64,000 nt of DNA from Planctomycetota bacterium (GCA_033763975.1 JANRJM010000013.1:312603-376602), one strand, 5' to 3'. Counted from the stretch's first letter, positions 1 through 9,412 are shown. Program-made: numbers and translations. Notes: a model not told the origin generated them from the sequence alone.

Positions 1-1810
1 CCGCGTCGTACACGCCCTTGGCCCACTCCTCCACGCCCCGCATGTCCCGGCGCGCCTGCGCCAGCCCCGCGCCGCCCGTCGTCTCCAGGAACGCCCGCTG
101 CACGCGGCGCAGACGCGCCGACGCCGCCTCGCGGATCGCGGCCGCCGACCCCGGACCCTCCGCCGCGGGCGCGCTCCACGCCTCGATCGCCGCCGCGATC
201 TGCCGCTCAACGCCCGATCGCGACTCGCTCGACGCCTTCTTGACCAGGTCGACGAACTCGGTGACGCGCGTCGCCAGCGGCTTCTGCCCCTCCTCGGGGC
301 GCACGAGTTCTTTCACACGACGACGATTCGCCTCGCGCTGCTCCGCGCCCGCCATCAGGTCCGGCTGCCCGTCCGCGCCCGTGGGCGGAGTCGGGCTCCA
401 CTCCACCGCCGCGGCCTCGTCGATCTCCTTGAACAACGCCGCCTGCTGCTCGGCCATCTTCGCCAGCGCCGCGTCGCCCTCTCCCCCGCCGTCGCTCATC
501 TCCGCCTGGGCGCGGCTGAAGGCGTCGGTCGCCCGCGCTCGCAGGCGCTGCGCCCAGACGTCCGGGCGCCCGCCGCGCGGGTCGTCCTCCGCCGTCGGCG
601 TCTTGAGGGCCCCCTCGAGCGACTTCACCCCCTGAAATGTCAGCCGAAACGTCTCGCCAAGCGTCCGCGTCTCCGAGTCGACCGCGAGCTGACGGGCGGG
701 CAGGTCGGGCGTGACGTCCTCCGGCCAGGGCACGCCCCGGTGCGCACGCACGCGCTCCACCGCCACATTGAACGCCGCCACCGCCTCGTCCCACTTCTTC
801 GTGTCCTCTTCCGAGAACACCTTGACGCTGGTCTCGACCTGCTCGTTCACGCGCTTCACGATGGACGAGGCTTCCAGTTCCTCTTTCTCGAGCCACTGCG
901 CGGCCGTCGCGACGCCCGCCTCCAGGTCGAGGCGTCGATCCGGGATCGTCCGAACTCCGTTCTCTTGGGTTCCTCCCAGGAAGAAGTACGCCCCCGCGCC
1001 CCCGCCCAGCAGCACGACCGCCGCGATGACCGCGATGAGCGCCTTGGGCGTGCCCTTGGGGGCGCCCTTGGCCTTGAGGCACTCGCGCAGGCGGGCGCGC
1101 ATGTCCGCCGGCGTCGGCAGGGGCGTGCCCGGGGCGGTGTTCAGCCACTGCTCGCACAACACCCGCAGCGCCTCGCCCTGCCCGCCCATGCGCGACCAGT
1201 CGTCGCTGCGCTCCACCGCGCCCGCGCGCGGGGCGGGCCGGTGGGTCACGATCTGGTGCATGAACCCGGCGAGTTGGCGGACGTCGTCGACGGGCGAGTT
1301 GGCGTCCAGCTGCCCCGGGGCCGCCGGGTCGGCCAGCAGCACGCCGACACCCTCGAGCGCGTCGCCCCCGCCGGCGAGCATGACGTTCCCGCCCTTGATC
1401 GCCCCGTGCGGGCGTCCGTCCAGGTCGCCCAGCGCGTCCGCGACGCCCCCGACCACGTCCACGATGGCCCGGGCCGTCAGCTCGCGCCGCGAATCCACCA
1501 GACGCTGCCCGGTCAGTTCGTAGCGATCGGTGACGTAGTACGCGTGCGTCTCGGTGCGCCCGGCCTCGTGCACCGGCGCCCAGCGCTCGGGCGATTTCTT
1601 CGCCAGTTCCGCCTGGCGGCGCGCCCGCTGCAGGAAGAACTCCGCCTCGCGCTCGACGACCTCGGGGTCGGCGAACTCGCTCAGCGTCTGGAAGGTCTTG
1701 ACGACAAACCGGGGCGGGCCGGATTCACCCGCGGGGCGCGCGGCGTGGACCTCGACCTGGCCGGCCGAGGCCAGTTCGTCTACAGACTCGAACCGGCCGA
1801 ACCCAGCCAT
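1..1810 (-). CDS. Membrane-anchored Ser/Thr kinase-like (probable pseudokinase) protein; 3' end runs off the window
   Basis: Absent from the ORF track; translated by hand from ATG at 1810 (MAGFGRFESVDELASAGQVEVH...). Has VVK (beta3 Lys), catalytic-loop variant HGAIKGGNVML, LADP at the DFG position, a TM helix ALIAVIAAVVLLGGGAGAYFFL, then a long helical region open to position 1. Confidence 0.75.
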   Translation of the reverse strand, partial: MAGFGRFESVDELASAGQVEVHAARPAGESGPPRFVVKTFQTLSEFADPEVVEREAEFFLQRARRQAELAKKSPERWAPVHEAGRTETHAYYVTDRYELTGQRLVDSRRELTARAIVDVVGGVADALGDLDGRPHGAIKGGNVMLAGGGDALEGVGVLLADPAAPGQLDANSPVDDVRQLAGFMHQIVTHRPAPRAGAVERSDDWSRMGGQGEALRVLCEQWLNTAPGTPLPTPADMRARLRECLKAKGAPKGTPKALIAVIAAVVLLGGGAGAYFFLGGTQENGVRTIPDRRLDLEAGVATAAQWLEKEELEASSIVKRVNEQVETSVKVFSEEDTKKWDEAVAAFNVAVERVRAHRGVPWPEDVTPDLPARQLAVDSETRTLGETFRLTFQGVKSLEGALKTPTAEDDPRGGRPDVWAQRLRARATDAFSRAQAEMSDGGGEGDAALAKMAEQQAALFKEIDEAAAVEWSPTPPTGADGQPDLMAGAEQREANRRRVKELVRPEEGQKPLATRVTEFVDLVKKASSESRSGVERQIAAAIEAWSAPAAEGPGSAAAIREAASARLRRVQRAFLETTGGAGLAQARRDMRGVEEWAKGVYDA

Positions 1811-1855
1811 GCCCGCCCCCGCTCTCGCGCGATCTCGCGCCGCAACGCAGTCCGC

Positions 1856-2401
1856 CTACTTCACGACCTTCATCGGGGTCGTGCAGTCGACCTTGCCCGA
1901 GGTGACGACGATCTCCAGCCGACGCGTGCTGCTGTCCCACTTGTCCGTGGTCAGCGGGATCATCTTCTTGCGGAAGTCGGCCCCGGGCGCGAACTGCATC
2001 GTCCGCGAGTTCGCCATCACGAACAGCGTCGTCACCCCGCGGTCCTGCCACACCTTCCACATCGGATCCGACGCGGGGATCACCTTCGTGCCCGCGTCGT
2101 CGTTGCTGAACCGCAGCGTGTGCGTGTACGACGCCGCCGAGCGACGCAGCTGATCCTCGCCCGAGAAATAGCGGCTCACGTCGTACGCCTGCCACTGCCC
2201 CACGTCCGACTCCGCCACGCCCACGAGGTCCACCTCGACCAGCGGCATGCGCCCGCCCTCGCGGAGCGTCGAATCGGGCGTCACCCCCAGGTCGTACCGG
2301 CCCATGCGCAGCTTCTGCTGGCACCCGCCCAGACCCGCCGAGAGCGCCGCGATCAGCCCGATGACGAGGAACGTGAGCGTGCGTGCAGCCGTCCGGTTCA
2401 T
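1856..2401 (-). CDS. Lipoprotein, possibly TssJ-like
   Basis: 181 aa, lipobox LGGC (Cys27), SD-like AGGGGA upstream; PLVEVDLVGV...YDVSRYFSGEDQL loosely recalls the TssJ beta-sandwich. Confidence 0.7.
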   Translation of the reverse strand: MNRTAARTLTFLVIGLIAALSAGLGGCQQKLRMGRYDLGVTPDSTLREGGRMPLVEVDLVGVAESDVGQWQAYDVSRYFSGEDQLRRSAASYTHTLRFSNDDAGTKVIPASDPMWKVWQDRGVTTLFVMANSRTMQFAPGADFRKKMIPLTTDKWDSSTRRLEIVVTSGKVDCTTPMKVVK

Positions 2402-2431
2402 TGCGTGTCCCCTGATGAGAGAAAGGCCTGC

Positions 2432-4402
2432 CTAGCGTGCCGCGACCATGCACTCGCGCACGATCGCCCGAATCTCGGAGTTGAGCCGGTGGTCCGCCAC
2501 GATGAGCGTGCGGCAGCCGGCCAAGAGAGCGTACAGGTCGTCCATGAGCCCGTCAAAGACCCGGTGCAGCCCGCCCGGGGGCGCATCGCCGAAGTCGCGG
2601 CATCGAGCGTCCGGGCCCAGGCCCGTGAAGCAGCGGATCGCCATCGCGATCACACCCATCCACAGCCGGGGAGGGATCACCGCCGACGCCTCCGCCGCGC
2701 GCAGGCCCGTCGCCGCCAGCATGTGCGGGCCGAGCGACTCCGCCCACCGAGGCTCGGCTGCGAACGCCCGCTCCAGGCGCGAGACGAGTTCTTCGCCCGA
2801 CGACGCCTCCTGCGCGACGCGCCCCGCGAGGCTGAGCAGTTCGTCCATCGCCACCGGCAGCGACACGCCCTTGCCGGTGAGCAGCGTGCGCGTCGCGAGC
2901 ACGCCCACCGCGTAGAGATCGCAGGGCGAGGACAGCATCGGCAGGATCTCGAACGTCACGTCCTGGATGGGCACGCCCAGCGCGCCCTTGAGGCGGGCCG
3001 CCACGTCCGCGGGCATCCGGCGCGGGATGGTCCGCACGCGCACCTCGCCGGGCGACATCGTCCCGCGCGAGTCGATGGTCGCGTACTGGTCCAGCCGCTC
3101 GCCCCCGACGGAGAACCGCAGCCACAGCAGGTCGCTGGGCCCGGGCATGACGCGGTCCTGGGTCGACAGCGTCGCTTCGAGGATGATCCCGCTGGCGTCG
3201 TCGCTCACCACGTTGCGCAGGCGCAGGCGCCCGCGCCCGCCCCCGCCCTGCGCCATCCCCGACGGCGCGTAGATCGACACCGCCCCGCCCCGCCCGCCGA
3301 CGTAGTACCGCACGTCGGTGCCGGGGATCGTGAGCTCAAGCCCCTCGCCCGGCTCGACGAGCGCGACGCGCGCCGACCACCACAGCGGGGCCGCCGCACC
3401 GCCCCCCGAGAGCGTGACGCGGAAGCTCGAGGCCGACACGTTCAGCATCGGGGCCTGGCCCGAGGCGATCGCCGCACGCACCGCCGAGACCGCCCCGCCC
3501 AGCGCCATGAGTTTCAGGTGCAGCGCTTCGACGAGCCTCGCCGCCGGGCTCTGGCCCGCGGCCGAGGCGCTGAGCATGAGCCACCCCGCGCCGGGCACGA
3601 ACTGCTCGCCGCTCGCCGTCGCCGCGATCGACTCGAGCAGCGGGTCGCCCTCGCCCTCGCCGGCGTCCAGCCCGGTCAGCGCGTCCACGTACTGCTCGTA
3701 CGACAGCGGGCAGTACCGCTCGACGCGCATGAGCCCGCCCCCGAGGTTGAGCGCGAGCGCGGGCTCGGGGATGCCCATCGCCGCGGGCGTGGCGTCCTCG
3801 ACGGGCAGGGGCGTCGCCTCGTCGCCCAGTTCGGGCTGGTAGAGGTGGCGCGCCAGCGTCGTGCCGTACGGGGCGGCCCCGCGGCGCGTCAGCAGCCCGT
3901 CGTCGGTGCAGAGCGTCCAGGTCGCGCCCGTCCGCCGGTCCTTGGGCTCGATCGCGCGCAGCGCCCGCGGGTCGATCAGGATCGGCGCGGGGTGCTCACG
4001 CTCCAGCCCCGTCCGCAGCACGCACGAAGCCCCGAGCGCGTGCGGCGCCTGGTCGAGCTTCTCGGCCTCTGCGAACCGCGCGACCCACCGCGCGTCCAAC
4101 GCCGCGTTGCTCAGCCCCTCGCGGTAGATCGCCGGCGCCTGCGCGATGCCCGACAGGTCCTGCACCCACAGCTCGAGCCACTCGTGCACGCGCCCGCCCG
4201 CGTCGGCCAGGCAGCCCAGCCACACCCGGGCGTCGACCGTGTCGCGCAGGTGCACGAGTTTGGCCGCGTTCCCGCCCCGCAGCACGACGCACAGGCGCAC
4301 GACGCCCGTCTCGGTCGGCAGGATCGGCGCCGCCGCGTAGCCGGGCGGCAAGGCCGCCGGCAGTCCTCCGTACACGAATGTCGAGACCGCGTCGCCGGCC
4401 AT
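2432..4402 (-). CDS. 656-aa hypothetical protein with degenerate kinase-like C-terminal motifs
   Basis: Long ORF with normal amino-acid composition; PCDLYAVGVLATRTLL resembles kinase subdomain IX. Confidence 0.75.
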   Translation of the reverse strand: MAGDAVSTFVYGGLPAALPPGYAAAPILPTETGVVRLCVVLRGGNAAKLVHLRDTVDARVWLGCLADAGGRVHEWLELWVQDLSGIAQAPAIYREGLSNAALDARWVARFAEAEKLDQAPHALGASCVLRTGLEREHPAPILIDPRALRAIEPKDRRTGATWTLCTDDGLLTRRGAAPYGTTLARHLYQPELGDEATPLPVEDATPAAMGIPEPALALNLGGGLMRVERYCPLSYEQYVDALTGLDAGEGEGDPLLESIAATASGEQFVPGAGWLMLSASAAGQSPAARLVEALHLKLMALGGAVSAVRAAIASGQAPMLNVSASSFRVTLSGGGAAAPLWWSARVALVEPGEGLELTIPGTDVRYYVGGRGGAVSIYAPSGMAQGGGGRGRLRLRNVVSDDASGIILEATLSTQDRVMPGPSDLLWLRFSVGGERLDQYATIDSRGTMSPGEVRVRTIPRRMPADVAARLKGALGVPIQDVTFEILPMLSSPCDLYAVGVLATRTLLTGKGVSLPVAMDELLSLAGRVAQEASSGEELVSRLERAFAAEPRWAESLGPHMLAATGLRAAEASAVIPPRLWMGVIAMAIRCFTGLGPDARCRDFGDAPPGGLHRVFDGLMDDLYALLAGCRTLIVADHRLNSEIRAIVRECMVAAR

Positions 4403-4487
4403 CTTCGCGCCCCCACCAGTTCGGATCGAGTCGGGCAGTCTAGCAGACGCCCGCCCCGCCTGTCCCGCCCGCCCCGCGCGGCGTTGC

Positions 4488-5195
4488 CTACCCGTGCCCG
4501 AGGTACACCTTGCGCACCTCGTCGCTCGCCGCCAGCGACGCGGCGTCCCCTTCCATCACGACCCGCCCCACCTCCAGCACGTGCGCGCGGTGCGCCACGC
4601 GCAGCGCCATGGAAGCGTTCTGCTCCACCAGCAGGATGGTCGTCCCCGCCGCGTTGATCTCCCGGATCACCCGGAAGATGACCTGCACGATCTGCGGCGC
4701 CAGCCCCAGACTGGGCTCGTCCAGCAGCAGCAGGCGCGGGCGCGTGAGCATCGCCCGCGCGATCGCCACCATCTGCTGCTCGCCCCCCGAGAGCGTGCCC
4801 GCCCGCTGCGTCAGGCGCTCCTTGATCCGCGGGAAGAGCGTCAGCACCTTTTCGCGGTCCGCGCGGATGCCCTCGCGATCTCGCCGGATGTAGGCCCCCA
4901 TCGCCAGGTTCTCGTCCACCGTCAGGTTCGCGAAGATGCCTCGCCCCTCGGGCGCCTGCACCACGCCCAGGCGCACGATCTCGTGGGGCTTCATCCCGCG
5001 CAGCGGACGCCCCTCGAACGTGATCGATCCCTCGCTCGCCTTCGCCAGGCCCGAGATCGCCCGGAGCGTCGTGCTCTTGCCCGCCCCGTTGCACCCGATG
5101 AGCGTCACGATCTGCCCGGCCTCGACCTTCAGCGACACCCCGTGCAGCGCCCGGATCGCCCCGTAGTTCACGTGCAGGTTCCTCACTTCAAGCAC
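4488..5195 (-). CDS. livF: Branched-chain amino acid ABC transporter ATPase
   Basis: Walker A GCNGAGKST, signature LSGGEQQ, Walker B LLLLDEPSLGLAP. Confidence 0.93.
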   Translation of the reverse strand: MLEVRNLHVNYGAIRALHGVSLKVEAGQIVTLIGCNGAGKSTTLRAISGLAKASEGSITFEGRPLRGMKPHEIVRLGVVQAPEGRGIFANLTVDENLAMGAYIRRDREGIRADREKVLTLFPRIKERLTQRAGTLSGGEQQMVAIARAMLTRPRLLLLDEPSLGLAPQIVQVIFRVIREINAAGTTILLVEQNASMALRVAHRAHVLEVGRVVMEGDAASLAASDEVRKVYLGHG

Positions 5196-6108
5196 GGGGC
5201 GCCTCCTGTCCCGCGGGGCGGGGCGCCGGCTCCTCGTCGGCCGGCAGGCCCAGGTACGCCTCGATGACCTTGGGGTTGCCCTGCACCTCGCGGGGCGTGC
5301 CCACCGCGATCGTCACCCCGTAGTCCAGCACGGTGATCTGCTCGCAGATCTCCATCACCAGCCCCATGTCGTGCTCGATGAGCAGGATCGTGAGGTCGAA
5401 CGCGTCGCGGATCGACCGGATCATCCGCGCCAGCCCCTTGGTCTCCTGCGGGTTCATCCCCGCCGCCGGCTCGTCGAGCAGCAGCACGCGGGGCTCGGTC
5501 GCCAGCGCCCGCGCGATCTCCAGCCGGCGCTGGTCGCCGTAGGGCAGGTTCCGGGCCTGCTCGTCAGCGCGGTCGCCCAGCGCGAGGGTGTCGAGCAGGT
5601 GGGCCGCTCGCTCGCGGATCGCCCGTTCCTGCCCCACGTACGACGACGACCGCGTCAGCGTGCCCCACAGCGAGTGTCGCCCGCGCACGTGGCACCCCAG
5701 GCGCACGTTGTCGAGCACGGTGAGGTCGCCGAAGAGCCGGATGTTCTGGAAGGTGCGTGACAGCCCCGCCGCCGCGATCTGGTGGGGCTTGAGCCCGTCC
5801 ACCCGCAGCCCGTCGAGCGTGATCGACCCCGTCTGCGTGCGATAGACGCCCGTCAGCAGGTTGAAGCACGTCGTCTTGCCCGCGCCGTTGGGGCCGATGA
5901 GCCCGTACAGCCCCCCGCGCGGGATCGCCAGGCTGAAGTTCTGCACCGCCTTCAGCCCGCCGAAGGCGATCGAGATCCCGCGCACGTCCAGCAGGGGCGG
6001 GGCGCTCACCGCCGAGGGGCCCTGCCCTTCCGACGCACGGCGGCCGTCCGGCGCGCCGCCCGCGCCCGGCGCGGGCGAGCCCGGATTGTCCGGTCGGGGC
6101 GCGCCCAT
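5188..6108 (-). CDS. livG: Branched-chain amino acid ABC transporter ATPase
   Basis: GPNGAGKTT, RTFQNIRLF, LPYGDQRRLEIARAL, LLDEPAAG; start re-placed at ATG 6108, overlapping the livM stop (TGATG). Confidence 0.92.
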   Translation of the reverse strand: MGAPRPDNPGSPAPGAGGAPDGRRASEGQGPSAVSAPPLLDVRGISIAFGGLKAVQNFSLAIPRGGLYGLIGPNGAGKTTCFNLLTGVYRTQTGSITLDGLRVDGLKPHQIAAAGLSRTFQNIRLFGDLTVLDNVRLGCHVRGRHSLWGTLTRSSSYVGQERAIRERAAHLLDTLALGDRADEQARNLPYGDQRRLEIARALATEPRVLLLDEPAAGMNPQETKGLARMIRSIRDAFDLTILLIEHDMGLVMEICEQITVLDYGVTIAVGTPREVQGNPKVIEAYLGLPADEEPAPRPAGQEAPRA

Positions 6109-7250
6109 CACGACTTGTCCTCCCCGCGGAGCAGCCGGCGCAGCACGCCCAGCTCCCACGCCTCGCGCAGCCCGAAGAGGCCCTGCGGCCGCACGATCAT
6201 CATGAGCACGAGCAGCAGCGCATAGATGATCAGCCGGTACTGCGCCAAGCCCCGCAGCGCCTCGGGCAAGATCGACAGCACCACCGCCGCCAGCACCGCC
6301 CCCGACACCGAGCCCATCCCGCCCAGCACCACCATGATGATGATGTCGAACGAGCGCTGGAACCCGCCGTCGAGCGGGTTCATCGCGCCGATGTCCATCG
6401 CGTACATCGCTCCCGCCACCCCGGCGAAGAAGCTCGCGATGACGAACGCCCGCACCTTGTACCGCGTCACGTCCACGCCCATCGCCTGCGACGCGATCTC
6501 GTCCTCGCGGATCGACAGGAACGCCCGCCCCGACGAGCTCGTCTTCAGCCGGTACGCCGCCAGCAGCGTGATCGTCACCCACATCCACACCCAGAACAGC
6601 GTCGTGTACGTCGGGAGCAGGTTGAAGCCCTGCGGCCCGCCCAGGCGCAGCGCCAGCTCCCACGCCGGCGTCGACTGCACCTCCGCCACCTTCCAGGGCT
6701 GGAGCTGGTCGCCCGTGCCCTGCAGCAGCACCCGCACGATCTCGCCGAAGCCCAGCGTCACGATCGCCAGGTAATCACCCCGCAGGCGCAAGCTCGGCAG
6801 CCCGACGACGTACCCCGCCCCGGCCGCGAACAGCCCGCCCGCGATCGTCGCGACCAGGAACAGCACGTCGCCGCGCCCGATGAGCCCGCGCGATTCGGCG
6901 CCCTGCGTGAGCGAGAGCGCCCCGCCCTGGAACTCACCCGTGCCGAACAGGCGCATGCTGCCGTAGAGCACGATCGCCGCCGCCACGTACCCGCCGATCG
7001 CCATGAACGCCGCGTGCCCCATCGAGAACTGCCCGGTGAAGCCGTTCACGATCGTCAGCGACACCGCCAGGATCACGTTGATCCCGATGATCAGCATGAT
7101 CTTGCTCGCGAAGCTCCCCAGCAGCGGGCCGATCGCCAGGTAGCACACCAGCCCCACCACCACCGCCACGAGGACCGGCCAGCACGCCGACACCAGCCCC
7201 CGCCACGCGGGGGGACGCAACGCCGCGGCCTGTCGCCGGATGATCGACAC
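6108..7250 (-). CDS. livM: Branched-chain amino acid ABC transporter permease
   Basis: GFTGQFSMGHAAF, LRLRGDYLAIVTLGFGEI, GRAFLSIREDE, VVLGGMGS; GTG start overlaps the livH stop (TAGTG). Confidence 0.92.
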   Translation of the reverse strand: MSIIRRQAAALRPPAWRGLVSACWPVLVAVVVGLVCYLAIGPLLGSFASKIMLIIGINVILAVSLTIVNGFTGQFSMGHAAFMAIGGYVAAAIVLYGSMRLFGTGEFQGGALSLTQGAESRGLIGRGDVLFLVATIAGGLFAAGAGYVVGLPSLRLRGDYLAIVTLGFGEIVRVLLQGTGDQLQPWKVAEVQSTPAWELALRLGGPQGFNLLPTYTTLFWVWMWVTITLLAAYRLKTSSSGRAFLSIREDEIASQAMGVDVTRYKVRAFVIASFFAGVAGAMYAMDIGAMNPLDGGFQRSFDIIIMVVLGGMGSVSGAVLAAVVLSILPEALRGLAQYRLIIYALLLVLMMIVRPQGLFGLREAWELGVLRRLLRGEDKS

Positions 7251-8185
7251 TACACCTTCTCCGTCACGGCCTTGCCCAGCACGCCCTCGGGCTTGAACAG
7301 GAGCACCAGGATCAGGATCGCAAAGACGTACGCGTCGCGGTACTGGTCGGAGAGGTACTGCACCCCGAAGAACTCGATCAGCCCGATCAGCAGGCCCCCC
7401 AGCACCGCCCCGCGCACGTTGCCGATGCCCCCGACCACCGCCGCCACGAACGCCCGCAGCCCGAGCATGACCCAGACCGAGTCGGCCGACTGCTTCATCT
7501 GCCCTTCGTAGTACACCCCGTAGAGGAACCCGCCCGCCGCCGCCAGCATCGAGCCGACGACAAACGTGAACGAGATGATGCGATCCACGTTGATGCCCAT
7601 CAGCGAGGCGTGGCGCGGGCTGAAGGACACCGCCCGCATCGCCGCGCCCACCTTGGTCCGGAAGATCAGCGCGTTGAGCCCGACCATCAGCGCGACCGCC
7701 GTGCCCAGCACCGCGCCGTGCACCAGCCGGAACTTCACCCCGCCCGTCTCGAACAGCACCTCGTTCGGCACCAGTTGGGGCCAGGGTTTGGGATACGGCC
7801 CGAAGATCGCAGGCAACTGCCCCGCGTTCTGCAACAGCAGGGACACCCCGATCGCCGTGATCAGCACGTTCAGGCGCGGGGCGCTCCGCAGGGGCCTGTA
7901 CGCCAGTCGCTCGATCACGAACCCGATCGCCCCGCACGCCGCCATCACCAGCACCAGCACCAGCCCGCCCATGTACCACGGGGCAGCCTCGGTCACGCCC
8001 AGGGCCTTGATGCCCAGCACCGACGCGATCACGATCGACAGGTGCACGCCCAGCGCGAAGACGTCGGAATGGGCGAAGTTGATGAACTTCAGGATCCCGT
8101 AGACCATCGTGTAGCCGAGCGCGATGAGGGCGTAGAGCATGCCCACGGTCACGCCGTCGGTCAGGGTTTGCAGGAACTCCGTCAT
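7250..8185 (-). CDS. livH: Branched-chain amino acid ABC transporter permease
   Basis: YALIALGYTMVYGILKFINFAH, AFVAAVVGGIGNVRGA, KPEGVLG. Confidence 0.93.
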   Translation of the reverse strand: MTEFLQTLTDGVTVGMLYALIALGYTMVYGILKFINFAHSDVFALGVHLSIVIASVLGIKALGVTEAAPWYMGGLVLVLVMAACGAIGFVIERLAYRPLRSAPRLNVLITAIGVSLLLQNAGQLPAIFGPYPKPWPQLVPNEVLFETGGVKFRLVHGAVLGTAVALMVGLNALIFRTKVGAAMRAVSFSPRHASLMGINVDRIISFTFVVGSMLAAAGGFLYGVYYEGQMKQSADSVWVMLGLRAFVAAVVGGIGNVRGAVLGGLLIGLIEFFGVQYLSDQYRDAYVFAILILVLLFKPEGVLGKAVTEKV

Positions 8186-8336
8186 GCGGGGGAGCGGATG
8201 CTACCCGCCCCGACGGATCGGGGAAGGCCGTCCGTCCTTCGTGGTGGACCGTCGTGCCGGCCCGCTCTCGGGGCTCTTCGCGCGTGCCCGGAGACGCGCG
8301 CACGCCAGCCCCCACCGGCACCTTTGCAGTTTTCCC

Positions 8337-8366
8337 TTGGCGCGACCCCGACCGCGCGACTAGACT
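8337..8366 (+). promoter_or_regulatory. Putative sigma70-type promoter of the PEP-CTERM gene
   Basis: TTGGCG (8337-8342), 18-nt spacer, TAGACT (8361-8366); SD GAGGAG follows. Confidence 0.45.
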
Positions 8367-8404
8367 TGCCGTGCCGGTCACATCCGGCACGAGGAGAGAG
8401 ACTT

Positions 8405-9328
8405 ATGAACCGCCGAGTTGTTGGTGCGGGCATTGCCTGCCTTTTCGTTTCCTCTGCCGCCGGGCAGGTGATTGATCCCTTCTACGCCGGCTCGTACACG
8501 TACACGGATCTTGGCTCCGCGCCGGACGTGCCGCCGCTCTACGGCGGGCTCACCGTCCTGGCCGGATCTCCCAACACGCTGCTCCTTGGCGGGAACGCCA
8601 ACGGCGCTCTGGGCGCGTTGTACGCCGTGGGCGTCACCCGCGATGGCGCCGGGCACATCACCGGTTTCACCGGCACGACCACGCTCTTCGCGTCCGCCGA
8701 GTACAACGATGGCGGCGTCTGCTACGGGCCCAACGGCGTTCTCTTCGCCTCGCGCTGGCCGGTGAACGAGCTCGGGCAGTATCTACCCGGCAGCACCACC
8801 CCGGACAAGGTGATCAACCTCGCACCGCTCGGTATCGCCCAATCCCACGCCTCCATTCAGTTCGTCCCCGCCGGATACTCCGGTGCGGGTCGCATGAAGC
8901 TTGCTTCCTGGTCTGGCGGGGAGTTCTACGACGCCACGTACACCCCTGACGGCATGGGCACCTTCGACATCGTTTCGGCCGTGCAGACCGCCACGCTCCC
9001 CGGGGGGCCGGAAGGGTTCGTGTACGTGCCCCTGGGCTCCCCCCTCTTCAGCGGGCCCTCGATGCTCGTCTCGGAGTTCTCCGCGGGCAACGTCGCCGTC
9101 TACGACGTCGACGCCAACGGCGACCCGATCGTCGGATCACGGCGCGACTTCATCACCGGGCTGAGCGGGGCCGAAGGTGCCCACATCGATCCGTACACCG
9201 GCGACTTCCTGTTCTCAACTTTCGGCGGGGGCGATCGCGTCATCGTCGTGCAGGGCTTCGTCCCCGCGCCCGGCGCCCTGGGCATCGCCTGCGGCGCGGG
9301 CCTGCTGGCCTTCCGCCGTCGGCGCTGA
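8405..9328 (+). CDS. PEP-CTERM (VPAPG) exosortase-targeted surface protein, probable beta-propeller
   Basis: Signal peptide MNRRVVGAGIACLFVSSAAG; C-terminus VPAPGALGIACGAGLLAFRRRR; GAGGAG SD upstream of ATG 8405. Confidence 0.88.
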   Translation: MNRRVVGAGIACLFVSSAAGQVIDPFYAGSYTYTDLGSAPDVPPLYGGLTVLAGSPNTLLLGGNANGALGALYAVGVTRDGAGHITGFTGTTTLFASAEYNDGGVCYGPNGVLFASRWPVNELGQYLPGSTTPDKVINLAPLGIAQSHASIQFVPAGYSGAGRMKLASWSGGEFYDATYTPDGMGTFDIVSAVQTATLPGGPEGFVYVPLGSPLFSGPSMLVSEFSAGNVAVYDVDANGDPIVGSRRDFITGLSGAEGAHIDPYTGDFLFSTFGGGDRVIVVQGFVPAPGALGIACGAGLLAFRRRR

Positions 9329-9357
9329 ACACGCGGCCAGTCCATCCGGCAAACCAC

Positions 9358-9390
9358 AGGCGGGGCTCGACGCCCCGCTTGTTTCGTTTT
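9358..9390. terminator. Intrinsic terminator, probably bidirectional
   Basis: GCGGGGC-TCGAC-GCCCCGC stem followed by TTGTTTCGTTTT, between convergent genes. Confidence 0.75.
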
Positions 9391-9412
9391 GGACGCACCC
9401 CGGCGGCGCGGG

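Noticed and set aside
740-4657. 1305-aa + strand ORF
   Set aside because: Antisense shadow of real minus-strand genes; Arg/Ala/Pro-rich, no motifs, expected at this GC content.
5188-8390. Extended 491-aa livG and 760-aa livM ORFs suggesting fusions or frameshifts
   Set aside because: Explained by TGATG and TAGTG stop/start overlaps that give normal-length genes.
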